A stretch of 24,000 nt of DNA from Phytoactinopolyspora limicola (lineage in GTDB: Bacteria > Actinomycetota > Actinomycetes > Jiangellales > Jiangellaceae), in NCBI RefSeq assembly GCF_011320225.1, contig NZ_JAAOEN010000005.1, forward strand, positions 280,949-304,948. Reading direction: 5' to 3'. Below are positions 1 to 7,633 of the stretch, piece after piece (position 1 is the stretch's first letter; the number at the start of each line of letters is the position of its first letter). Position numbers and translations under genes: made by a program. Below the pieces are notes generated by a model. It was not told the origin of the DNA and ran no database searches. It worked only from the letters and a program-made list of their open reading frames with translations.

Positions 1-719
1 CCAAGGTCTCGGTGTGTGACGCTCCAGTCGATGATTCGGCGATCAACGTCGCCGGAGACGACGTAGGCGCGAAAGCCTGGTCGGGGATGTTTCAAGGCAG
101 CCAGGTACGCGTTCGCCACGTCGCTGCCGGAGGTGACCACGTCGCGATGTGGACCGTCGCTTGCGCGCCATTCGTCGTCAGACATAGGACCGACGAGACG
201 CAGTGCGATGACCGAGATGCCGTGGCGGCGCGCGGCTGCGGCACATACTTCCTCGCCGAGCCGCTTCGTCAATCCATAAACCTCGTAGGCGTCCGGCTCT
301 GGATGTGTTGGGTGATCGACGTTCTTGTAGTCTGCGAAGACGCTGCCGCTGCTGCTGTAGACCACGTGGCGGACGCCGGCTTCCGCCGCAGCCTGCAGCG
401 TCAGATGGAGGCCGGTGACGTTGACGTCAAAGTGGCTGACTTCCCATTCGGCGCTGGCGTTCCATCCGTCGTGGCGTCCCATCGCGAGGTAGACGAGCGC
501 GTCGTGCCCCTGTGCTGCGCCACGGACGGTGGGGAAGTCGGTGACGCTGCCGCGGATGAACTCGCCAAGCGCAGGCTCCGGCGGCACCGTCAGATCGAGA
601 AGCCGGAGATCATGGTGCTCCGCGAGCGCAGGCGTCACCAGCTGCCCGACCCGCCCTGATCCACCGACGATGAGGACGCGCTTGCGCCGATGCTCTCCGT
701 TCACTGGGTGGTCGTTCAT
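1..719 (-). CDS. NAD-dependent epimerase/dehydratase family protein (SDR fold); C-terminus runs off the window
   Basis: Absent from the ORF track because no stop lies in the window. My minus-strand translation from the ATG at 719-717 gives MNDHPVNGEHRRKRVLIVGGSGRVGQLV...VVYSSSGSVF...EVYGLTKRLGEEV. This carries a GxxGxxG Rossmann loop and a YxxxK motif. A 6-nt gap separates it from the stop of the upstream gene at 726. Track ORF 12..659(+) is its antisense shadow. Confidence 0.8.
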   Translation of the reverse strand, partial: MNDHPVNGEHRRKRVLIVGGSGRVGQLVTPALAEHHDLRLLDLTVPPEPALGEFIRGSVTDFPTVRGAAQGHDALVYLAMGRHDGWNASAEWEVSHFDVNVTGLHLTLQAAAEAGVRHVVYSSSGSVFADYKNVDHPTHPEPDAYEVYGLTKRLGEEVCAAAARRHGISVIALRLVGPMSDDEWRASDGPHRDVVTSGSDVANAYLAALKHPRPGFRAYVVSGDVDRRIIDWSVTHRDL

Positions 720-725
720 CGGCCG

Positions 726-1766
726 CTACCCCTGTTCGTCGTTGATCAGATCGGACGCGTAGCTGAATATGGCGGGGAGTCCGCCGGTGTGCACGAACAC
801 AAGGCGAGCGTCCGGCGACGTCGCGTGGGTGCGGTGGTGATCGAGCAGACCAGCGAAGCCTTTTCCGCTGTACACAGGGTCAAGGAGGATGCCTTCGGTG
901 GACGCTAGGAGCTTGATGGCGGCGAGACCGGCAGTTGTGGGGATCCCGTAGCCCTGGCCGACATATTCGGTGGAGTTGACGATGTCGGTCTCGGTCAGTG
1001 TGCAGGGCAGGCCAAGCAGCGCGCCCGCGGACCTGGTCAGATCGGCGATTCCCGCGGGCGAGATGTAAGCCTCGTGATCCGGTGGCATTGGGTTGATGCC
1101 GATGACCTTGGTGGGCAGATTCAGCAGATGACAGCCCAGCTGGAGTCCTGCCTGGGTACTGCCTTGCGAGGTGGTGACGATGACGTCCGGCGGTGTGTCG
1201 TTCGACGCCTCGACTATCTCGAGAAGCGCCTCGACGTAGGCCAGCGCGGCGAGCGCGAGCGCGCGGTCTTCACCCATGCCGACGACATAGGGAGTTCGGC
1301 CATGGGCACGAAGGCTGTCTGCGAGTTGGCGCTTGCGCTCAGTGCTGCTTTCACTAGCACCGATGGGGAGAATCGTGGCGCCTAGCAGGTGGCTGACGAG
1401 CTGGTTGCCTTGGACGGGCGTGCTACGTTCGTCCTGCTTGGGCAGAAGAAATACGTCGAGTCCAAGCCTAGCGCCGGCCGCAGCGAGCTGGCGTGAATGG
1501 TTGGATTGGGATGCCGAACCCTGGATGAGACAGTCGGCTCCGGAGGCGATCGCGTCGCCAAGAACGAATTCAAGCTGGCGCACCTTGTTGCCGCCAAATG
1601 CGAGTCCGGTGCAGTCGTCCCGCTTGATGCTCACCCTCGCCCCCGTCGCCTCGTACAGGCGGGGGCACGCAGTGAGCGGGGTGGGCAGGTGGGCGAGCTT
1701 GACTCTTGGTAGCGCACCCAGTCGCACGCGGAGCTCGTCGACGCGTTCGAGTGCTACTTCTGTCAC
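726..1766 (-). CDS. PLP-dependent enzyme, 1-aminocyclopropane-1-carboxylate deaminase / D-cysteine desulfhydrase family
   Basis: 346-aa ORF with a GTG start and GGAGA 5 nt upstream. It begins ...LAHLPTPL...VSIKRDDCTGLAFGGNKVRQLEFVLGDA, where GGNK-x-R-x-LEF is the PLP-lysine motif of this family. The gene sits in tight operon spacing with its neighbours. Confidence 0.85.
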   Translation of the reverse strand: MTEVALERVDELRVRLGALPRVKLAHLPTPLTACPRLYEATGARVSIKRDDCTGLAFGGNKVRQLEFVLGDAIASGADCLIQGSASQSNHSRQLAAAGARLGLDVFLLPKQDERSTPVQGNQLVSHLLGATILPIGASESSTERKRQLADSLRAHGRTPYVVGMGEDRALALAALAYVEALLEIVEASNDTPPDVIVTTSQGSTQAGLQLGCHLLNLPTKVIGINPMPPDHEAYISPAGIADLTRSAGALLGLPCTLTETDIVNSTEYVGQGYGIPTTAGLAAIKLLASTEGILLDPVYSGKGFAGLLDHHRTHATSPDARLVFVHTGGLPAIFSYASDLINDEQG

Positions 1767-1785
1767 GGCATTCTCCGAGTTCGCG

Positions 1786-2769
1786 TCACGTTTCTTCCCG
1801 TGATGGATGAGGGTCGTTGTCGGCGGCTTGAATCTTGTCCAGGAGGCGGTAGGTCGCTAGTAGTTCGGAAATGCTGCACGGAGGACGACGGCCGTCGGCT
1901 AACGCCGACAGGAACTCACGATCTTGTAATTGCAGGGCACGGCGCTCCATCTCCGAGTCACCGCTGCCAACGATAAGCTCGCGCTCGCCATCGAATAGGG
2001 AGCCGTGCCGGATACGCAGCGTCGCCTCGTCACCGATGACGTGGGCTTCACGGCACGGCACGCGGCTGCGGTAGGAAATGGCGATGGTGGCCAGGTCACC
2101 TGCGGGCGTGGCGAGCACGGCAGCTGCGTCAAGCGGAGGTGGACTTGCCGCAGCGGCTCGTCCAGCGGTGCCGTGGACAGTGGCTTCGTCGGTGCCCAGC
2201 AGCCACAACCCAACGTCGACCAGATGGCTGCCGTGATGCCAGACCACGTTGTCGGTCCAGTCTCGCGCCCGACCGTCGACGCCAGTGTTTGTGCGCCGGT
2301 CGAGCAGTTGGTGAAGGATGAGGTGCCGGACCCGGAGCGTGCCCGCATCGATACGGTCTCGTACAGCACGGAAAGGGGAACAGAAGCGCAGAGTCTGGGC
2401 CACTGAGACATGCTTGCCCACCAGGCGCGCGGTCCGATCGACGTCTTGGGCCTCGGTCATCGTCGTGGCGGCGGGTACCTCGCATAGGACATGAAAACCT
2501 GCTTGTAGCGCAGCTATCGTGTGCCGAGCGTGGAGATCGTTGGGTGAGGCGACCACAACCGCGTCCAGGCCGGGGTGCAAAAGCAAGTCGTCTACGTCAC
2601 GATAGGCGGAGCGGATGTTGTGCCGCGCGGCGAAGTCCGTCGGATCGGGACCAGCAACGCATACGACGTCGGCACCTGCCGCACGGATGGCGGCGACATG
2701 GTGCTCGGCGATGGCGCCCGGGCCGATGATGCCCACTGCTAGTGCGATAGCCGCCTTTGTTCGGCGCAT
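1786..2769 (-). CDS. Gfo/Idh/MocA family NAD(P)-dependent oxidoreductase
   Basis: 327 aa. The N-terminal Rossmann segment reads AVGIIGPGAIAEHHVAAI, followed by AVVVASPNDLHARH and HVLCEVPAA (an EKP-like motif). GGAGG lies 4 nt upstream of the ATG at 2769. The gene overlaps the upstream gene by 31 nt. Confidence 0.85.
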   Translation of the reverse strand: MRRTKAAIALAVGIIGPGAIAEHHVAAIRAAGADVVCVAGPDPTDFAARHNIRSAYRDVDDLLLHPGLDAVVVASPNDLHARHTIAALQAGFHVLCEVPAATTMTEAQDVDRTARLVGKHVSVAQTLRFCSPFRAVRDRIDAGTLRVRHLILHQLLDRRTNTGVDGRARDWTDNVVWHHGSHLVDVGLWLLGTDEATVHGTAGRAAAASPPPLDAAAVLATPAGDLATIAISYRSRVPCREAHVIGDEATLRIRHGSLFDGERELIVGSGDSEMERRALQLQDREFLSALADGRRPPCSISELLATYRLLDKIQAADNDPHPSREET

Positions 2770-3599
2770 GACCCCTCCGAATCCCTACTCTGTTCAGGCG
2801 AAGCCGCTGTCGGCGCAGCCAAATCTGAGCCGGTGACGCCAGTGCGGATGAAGTGCCGGCTAAACGTCAACGCTCGTGCCACTGCGGTGTCGAGGATGCG
2901 TTCTCCGATTTCAGGGCTCGCCTGAGTCGGATCACCGTAGACGCCGTCCGAGGTGAGCTCGTCGAATCGGACGGCGACGTCCACGTAGCCGTGTGGGGCT
3001 GAGTCGGAATATATGTCGGAACGGACCCCCGCCGAGGTGACTCGGTCGACTTTCAGGAGTTCGGGTGCCAGGACCATGGCCAGGGAGGTCTCCAACTCGC
3101 AGGCGTGACCATATGCGGGGCCGACAGCTTCTTCTGCGCAGACGTCTTTAGCCAGTTTCGCCCACATCATCGAAGCCACGAGGACATCGAACTCGCTGCG
3201 TGCGCGGCGAGCAACGAGCGTGAGTGCTTCGACGTTGCCGCCATGACCGTTGACGACGATGACCTTGGCCAGGCCTTGCGTTTTGAGGCTGGCGACGAGG
3301 TCGAGTACCACGCCGATGAAGGTTGACGGGGTGAGGGTGAGTGTTCCGGCGAACCGTTCATGGTGCTCGGAGAGGCCATACGGCATGAGTGGGCAGATGA
3401 TCGCGTCTGTGCCGAGTTCGGTTCCGAGTCGGTGAGCGAATGCCTCTGCGATCCGTGCATCGGTCAGGACGCTCAGATGCGGTCCGTGCTGCTCGATGGC
3501 GCCGACCGGGAGGATGGCGACTTTGGCGACCTGTTGCGCCGCTGCGGCATCTTCGGTGGTGAGATCGGCCAGCCGGACGGCGGCGGTGGCGGTGCCCAT
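2739..3599 (-). CDS. creatininase-family amidohydrolase (creatinine amidohydrolase / deformylase-type fold)
   Basis: 286 aa with AILPVGAIEQHGPHLSVLTD and KVIVVNGHGGN, the metal-binding signature segments of the creatininase family. GGAGAA lies upstream of the ATG at 3599. It is the first gene of the minus-strand operon. Confidence 0.8.
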   Translation of the reverse strand: MGTATAAVRLADLTTEDAAAAQQVAKVAILPVGAIEQHGPHLSVLTDARIAEAFAHRLGTELGTDAIICPLMPYGLSEHHERFAGTLTLTPSTFIGVVLDLVASLKTQGLAKVIVVNGHGGNVEALTLVARRARSEFDVLVASMMWAKLAKDVCAEEAVGPAYGHACELETSLAMVLAPELLKVDRVTSAGVRSDIYSDSAPHGYVDVAVRFDELTSDGVYGDPTQASPEIGERILDTAVARALTFSRHFIRTGVTGSDLAAPTAASPEQSRDSEGSCAEQRRLSH

Positions 3600-3631
3600 C
3601 TCGTTCTCCGTTCTGGGGGTTCTGCATTATT

Positions 3632-3660
3632 TTGACATCCTAAAGCCTAGGACCTAAGTT
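3632..3660 (+). promoter_or_regulatory. Candidate promoter plus operator, cassette copy 1: TTGACA-17 nt-TAAGTT
   Basis: TTGACA is at 3632-3637. The 17-nt spacer is tcctaaagcctaggacc, and TAAGTT is at 3655-3660, 41 nt before the ATG at 3701. The spacer holds three CCTA tetramers phased at 7 bp, with a central CCTAGG palindrome. The complementary strand reads TAGGAT (3642-3637), a possible -10 for the leftward operon. The cassette is 32/35 identical to 6701-6735 by hand alignment. Confidence 0.55.
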
Positions 3661-3700
3661 TAATGCATCGAATCGATCTTATAGGAGTGGCCGGGTAGGC

Positions 3701-4528
3701 ATGGCACAGGTCAGAGCGGTCAACGACGCACACGTCCACGTATGGTCTGATCCCCCGAACCATCCGGACCTTCTCGTCGCCCCATCGGCGTCCGGCAAGG
3801 CTTCTGATCTGCTCGACGCCATGGATAGTGCTGGCGTCGGCCGAGCCGCAGTTATCACACCGGGTGCAATGGGTTGGGATAACACAGCGTCGCTGCGTGC
3901 CGCCGGTAACCATCCTGAGCGGTTGATCGCGGTTGGCCGGGTGGATATCTCCGACGAGCAGGCAGCTCGGCGATTGGAGAAAGAGATTGCGTCCGGGCTG
4001 CGTGGCATTCGCTTTAATATCGGTGGGCGCCGAGACGCAGAGCTGTTGTTCGAGCGCGCTGCGAGGCAAGTCTGGGAAGTGGTTGCCCGCGCAGGTGTTT
4101 CTGTCGCGTTACACGTAGCGCCGGGCCAGCTGTCCACGGTTCCACGCCTGGCTGCGGTGTACCCGGGTACTACATTCCTGCTTGACCACCTCGGGCTTCC
4201 TGACGTTGCGGCTGGAGTCTCCAGCCCGGAGTTCCAATCCGTATTGGCGGTGGCTGCGTGCGACAACGTGTGGGTCAAAACCCCGAATGCCGCCTTCTTC
4301 TCCGAGCTTGGCCCGCCATTTGACGATTTGTCGGCCTTCATTTCCGCTGGGATTGAGGCCTTCGGCGCTGATCGTGTGCTCTGGGGTTCTGATTGGCCGC
4401 TGTGCGCCACGTCGTTCAGATACTCGGATTCACTTGAGCCCACGATGACCATAGTGGGGCAGGGGAGCCGGGATGAGCAGCACGCAGTGATGGGTGGCAA
4501 TTTTGAACGGCTGTACGTTCATGGCTGA
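3701..4528 (+). CDS. amidohydrolase-2 family metal-dependent hydrolase (lactonase/decarboxylase-type TIM barrel)
   Basis: 275 aa with an N-terminal NDAHVHVW (HxH metal site) and a C-terminal VLWGSDWPL, both typical of Amidohydro_2 proteins. Its stop overlaps the next start (ATGGCTGA at 4521-4528). Confidence 0.75.
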   Translation: MAQVRAVNDAHVHVWSDPPNHPDLLVAPSASGKASDLLDAMDSAGVGRAAVITPGAMGWDNTASLRAAGNHPERLIAVGRVDISDEQAARRLEKEIASGLRGIRFNIGGRRDAELLFERAARQVWEVVARAGVSVALHVAPGQLSTVPRLAAVYPGTTFLLDHLGLPDVAAGVSSPEFQSVLAVAACDNVWVKTPNAAFFSELGPPFDDLSAFISAGIEAFGADRVLWGSDWPLCATSFRYSDSLEPTMTIVGQGSRDEQHAVMGGNFERLYVHG

Positions 4529-5798
4529 GGGAATGCGCGTCGAGCGGTCTGGTCGGTGGCTGAGGTGTGGCGCGCTTATTACCGGCCACGGAGAAGCTCC
4601 GCAGCGAGATATGGCGGTCAGGGTCGCGGACGGCGCCATCGTGGAGATTTCGCCATGGCAAGACGGGTTTAGTGATTCCGGAAGCGTAGTAGATCTGACC
4701 GATTCAACAGTGATGCCCGGATTCGTGGACGCACACGTACATCTGGTCTTCGGAAACGGTGACGACCATGGCTCTACGCGAAGTGTCGTGGAGAACGCAG
4801 GCCTTGACACGCTGGGGGAGGTGGCAGCTCGGCACGCGATCGAGTGTCTCCGTGGAGGGGTCACCACTGTTCGAGACTGTGGTGACAAGGGATTCGTGAC
4901 GTTGTGGCTGCGAGATGAGGTTGCCGCTGGCCGTCGGCCGGGTCCACGGATTTTGGCGGCGGGCCCCCCAATCACCACACCGGGCGGTCACTTGTACTGG
5001 TGTGGTGGCGCCGTCGCGTCGGCTGCCGAGATCGCCGTTGCGGTGCAACGGCGACGCGCTCGGGGTGTGGATCTGATCAAGATTATGGCCAGTGGTGGCA
5101 ACATGACCAGTGGTTCGGACCCTCTGACTCCTCAGTTCACCGATGACGAGTTGCGGGCCGTGGTGGGTGCGGCGCACGCGGCTGGGTGTCAGGTAGCTGC
5201 GCACGCGCACAGCACTGAAGCGATCCGTGCTGCGACGGCGGCCGGGGTCGACACCATCGAGCATTGCTCGTGGCGGGCGCCAGACGGGACTCTGAAGGTC
5301 GCGCACGGATCGGTCGTAGAGATCGTTGAGCGAGGGATACACGTTGTGCTGACAATGGCCGGCATTCAGCGAGGGTTGTTGTCTGACGGGGCGGATCATA
5401 CCGACGCGTTACAACTCGTAGCGCGGAAGAACTCGGACACCGGCAATCTTCGCGATGACTTCTCCTGGGCCAGAGACATGCTGGCCGCGGGTGCTCGGCT
5501 GGTGCTGGCCAGTGACGCTGGGGTGCGGTTGACTCCGTTTGATCTTTTTCGCCTGACCATAAGATGCGGTATGGAAGCTCTCGACCTGACTGCTAGTCAG
5601 GCGATCGGACTGGCCACGCTCGGGGCTGCGGAGGCACTCGGGGTGGAAACTGCCGTCGGCAGCGTGGAGTTGGGGAAGGTTGCTGACCTGGTTGCGTTGG
5701 CGGGAGTGATTGATGACAGCACAACGCACCTCGGGCCGATCAGGCAGGTCTGGCAGGGCGGGTGCCTGGTTGTTCAAGACGGCGAGTTGATCATTTGA
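4521..5798 (+). CDS. amidohydrolase family (Amidohydro_1 type) metal-dependent hydrolase
   Basis: The track ORF is 4494..5798. I prefer the in-frame ATG at 4521, which overlaps the upstream stop by 8 nt. Motifs: VMPGFVDAHVHLVF (HxH), GGVTTVRDCG, DLIKIMASGG, VAAHAHS, IEHCS and LVLASDAG. Confidence 0.8.
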   Translation: MAEGMRVERSGRWLRCGALITGHGEAPQRDMAVRVADGAIVEISPWQDGFSDSGSVVDLTDSTVMPGFVDAHVHLVFGNGDDHGSTRSVVENAGLDTLGEVAARHAIECLRGGVTTVRDCGDKGFVTLWLRDEVAAGRRPGPRILAAGPPITTPGGHLYWCGGAVASAAEIAVAVQRRRARGVDLIKIMASGGNMTSGSDPLTPQFTDDELRAVVGAAHAAGCQVAAHAHSTEAIRAATAAGVDTIEHCSWRAPDGTLKVAHGSVVEIVERGIHVVLTMAGIQRGLLSDGADHTDALQLVARKNSDTGNLRDDFSWARDMLAAGARLVLASDAGVRLTPFDLFRLTIRCGMEALDLTASQAIGLATLGAAEALGVETAVGSVELGKVADLVALAGVIDDSTTHLGPIRQVWQGGCLVVQDGELII

Positions 5799-5902
5799 CA
5801 ACTCCCGTCGCTAACGTCGTCGCACGATGAATTGGTCCGCTGCCGCGGTGGTATGGCACCTCGCCGATGGGTACTTGGGGATCGATCTATCTCAGCAGCG
5901 CG

Positions 5903-6634
5903 TCAGCCGCGCGAAAGCCAGGTGAGGATGTTGCGACGTACCCGATCAAGGTGCGACCGCATGAGCCGTTCTGCCTCTTCGGAGTCTCGGGTGCGAAGTG
6001 CGGCGAGGATCTCGCGATGCTCGCGGTCGCTTTCATCGTGAGTCATGCCCATAGATTCGGTGGTAGAGAGGTTGCGTTGCCGCTCGGTGGTGAGCACCTC
6101 TGCGAGCGCCTCCATCGTGGCCTTCAAGAATTGGTTGTCAGTGCTGTTAACGATCCCGACGTGGAATGCCAGGTCAAGCTCGGCGCGCTCAGGGATGCGG
6201 TTGTTTCCTAGCTTCTCCAGTTGATCGAGCACATCCGTGAGCGCGTCGATGTTGGCGTCGGACGCGCGCTCCGCCGCAAGCCCGGCCGCGGTGACCTCCA
6301 GGACCGTGCGGAATTCGACGAAATCGCGAAGCGCTCCGTCGTGCGAGTCGAGCATGAGCCGGAAGTAGCTTCCTACGGCCACGGGCCGCAGCTCACTAAC
6401 TTCTGCCCGTCGGCCCTGGCTGGTGCGGATCACTCCGTGCTGACTGAGGAGGCGCAACGCGTCACGGACGACACGCATGCTGGCGCCGAACTTCTCGGCC
6501 AACTCCTTTTCCGACGGCAGGGGGTCGCCGTCGGTGAGCTGCTCCTCTCGGATCCACTCGATGATGAGCTGAGATAGCCGAGCGCCAAGGGGAGGGCGGT
6601 CGCTCCGCAAGTGCTGCAGGTCAACGTCAGGCAC
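5903..6634 (-). CDS. GntR family transcriptional regulator, FadR/FCD subfamily
   Basis: The winged HTH reads LPSEKELAEKFGASMRVVRDALRLLSQHGVIRTSQGRRAEV, followed by an all-helical FCD-like C-terminal domain. The track start is GTG 6649. I prefer GTG 6634, which has GGGAGGA just upstream. The gene is convergent with the amidohydrolase operon. Confidence 0.85.
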   Translation of the reverse strand: MPDVDLQHLRSDRPPLGARLSQLIIEWIREEQLTDGDPLPSEKELAEKFGASMRVVRDALRLLSQHGVIRTSQGRRAEVSELRPVAVGSYFRLMLDSHDGALRDFVEFRTVLEVTAAGLAAERASDANIDALTDVLDQLEKLGNNRIPERAELDLAFHVGIVNSTDNQFLKATMEALAEVLTTERQRNLSTTESMGMTHDESDREHREILAALRTRDSEEAERLMRSHLDRVRRNILTWLSRG

Positions 6635-6700
6635 GACACTTCCTCCCACTGACCATCCAGGTCCGACCGTCTCGCCATCAGGCTACAAGCTCTCCGACTC

Positions 6701-6729
6701 TTGACATCCTAACGCCTAGGCCCTATGTT
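6701..6729 (+). promoter_or_regulatory. Candidate promoter plus operator, cassette copy 2: TTGACA-17 nt-TATGTT
   Basis: TTGACA is at 6701-6706, the spacer is tcctaacgcctaggccc, and TATGTT is at 6724-6729. Its architecture matches copy 1, including the three phased CCTA tetramers and TAGGAT on the opposite strand (6711-6706). It lies 67 nt upstream of the GntR start, which is on the other strand, and points rightward into 6736-7633. Confidence 0.5.
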
Positions 6730-6983
6730 CGACCACACAAGTTCATGGCCGCTACGTCTACCTCAAGCCGGATGTGGTCGTCCTCGGCCTGACTCGTGCG
6801 GGAGGCGTGTCTCTGTTGCGCCAGCCGTGGCTTGGGTGAGTGCTGTCACTGGGTGAGTCTCACGTTCGACCTTCGCCGGTGTGAAGGTCGAGATCCGGGC
6901 TAGATCGGTGTCTGTGTCGAATGCCAGGAACGTTGGCCTCTGGCAAGGCAAGTGCGAGAACGACGAGCGAACGGAGCCAATCC

Positions 6984-7529
6984 ATGAATGATCGGCCCAT
7001 GTTAGGGCGTCGTCGGTTTCTTCAGCAGGCGGGTGTTTCGGCCACACCAGCTGTACGTCCGGGTGGCTCGGCGGATGCGTGGGCGGTACAGATTGACTCA
7101 CGTTGATGTGTTGAATCAGACCACTGTCGACGACGGTATCGGACTCGCGCTCTACGGTGTAGACACCTATCCCGTCCGCCGCTACGCGTGCCGAGACGCG
7201 AGCACCGGACAGATGGGTGTGGCCGTCGCGTTGTCCGCCACCCACATCGCCTACGCGGTTACCCGCATGGAATCGACCTTTGCGTCCTGGGAGAGTCCGC
7301 CGACGTTGCCGCCGCGCATGCCGCCCGCCATCGGTGCTCTGTCCAGGACATCGACGTCCAGGCGTTGCGACAGCGCTCGTCGCCAGGGGGCAAAGAACTC
7401 TACGTCGAGGAGGTGACAACAACAGCGACGCAGCCGACACGCGATAAGAAGTCACAAGAACGGCTTGACACTGCAACTCGGTGTTCCGCTAGGCAGGCAG
7501 AAAGACATGAAAACGACACAAATGGCTAA
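6984..7529 (+). other. Unassigned region with fragmentary coding signal; possible decayed gene or a small hypothetical CDS at 7033..7416
   Basis: The frame of ATG 6984 reads MNDRPMLGRRRFLQQAGVSATPAV... (Tat-like RRxFL), stops at TGA 7104-7106, then stays open to 7529. By hand count, third-position GC is best in the next frame (track ORF 7033..7416) between about 7100 and 7340: roughly 80% there against about 50% in the 6984 frame. From about 7340 to 7420 the 6984 frame is best again. I recognise no family. Confidence 0.3.
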
Positions 7530-7633
7530 ATGAGGTCGCGTTTAGAGTCTTCACGATCCGAGAGACGTCATGACATGTGAGCGAACTTCCCGCGAGCCAG
7601 GGCTGGCCGGGAATCTCGAACGGAGTGTCCATT

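Noticed and set aside
12-659. 215-aa plus-strand ORF at the left edge
   Set aside because: It is the antisense shadow of the minus-strand epimerase/dehydratase gene, which has clear GxxGxxG and YxxxK motifs. The plus-frame protein is Arg/Ala/Val-rich with no recognisable motif.
3679-4978. Long minus-strand ORFs (3679..4500, 4430..4978, 4704..5399) opposite the two amidohydrolase genes
   Set aside because: The Pro/Arg/Ser-rich translations are typical of antisense frames in high-GC DNA. The plus-strand frames carry the HxH, GSDWP and other family motifs.
7104-7106. Single in-frame TGA in the 6984..7529 frame as selenocysteine or programmed readthrough
   Set aside because: The sequence downstream of the TGA in that frame is Arg/Cys-rich with only about 50% third-position GC, so it does not look translated. 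I noticed no SECIS-like hairpin. Frameshift decay is the simpler explanation.
6763-7476. 237-aa minus-strand ORF, the longest ORF in the unassigned region
   Set aside because: It is codon-aligned antisense to the plus frame 7033..7416. That plus frame has the higher third-position GC and G-rich first positions. The 237-aa ORF has no recognisable family and no RBS. A loose resemblance of a neighbouring minus frame to formamidase GGN...GD..Q.DG motifs is broken by several stops and lacks a start.
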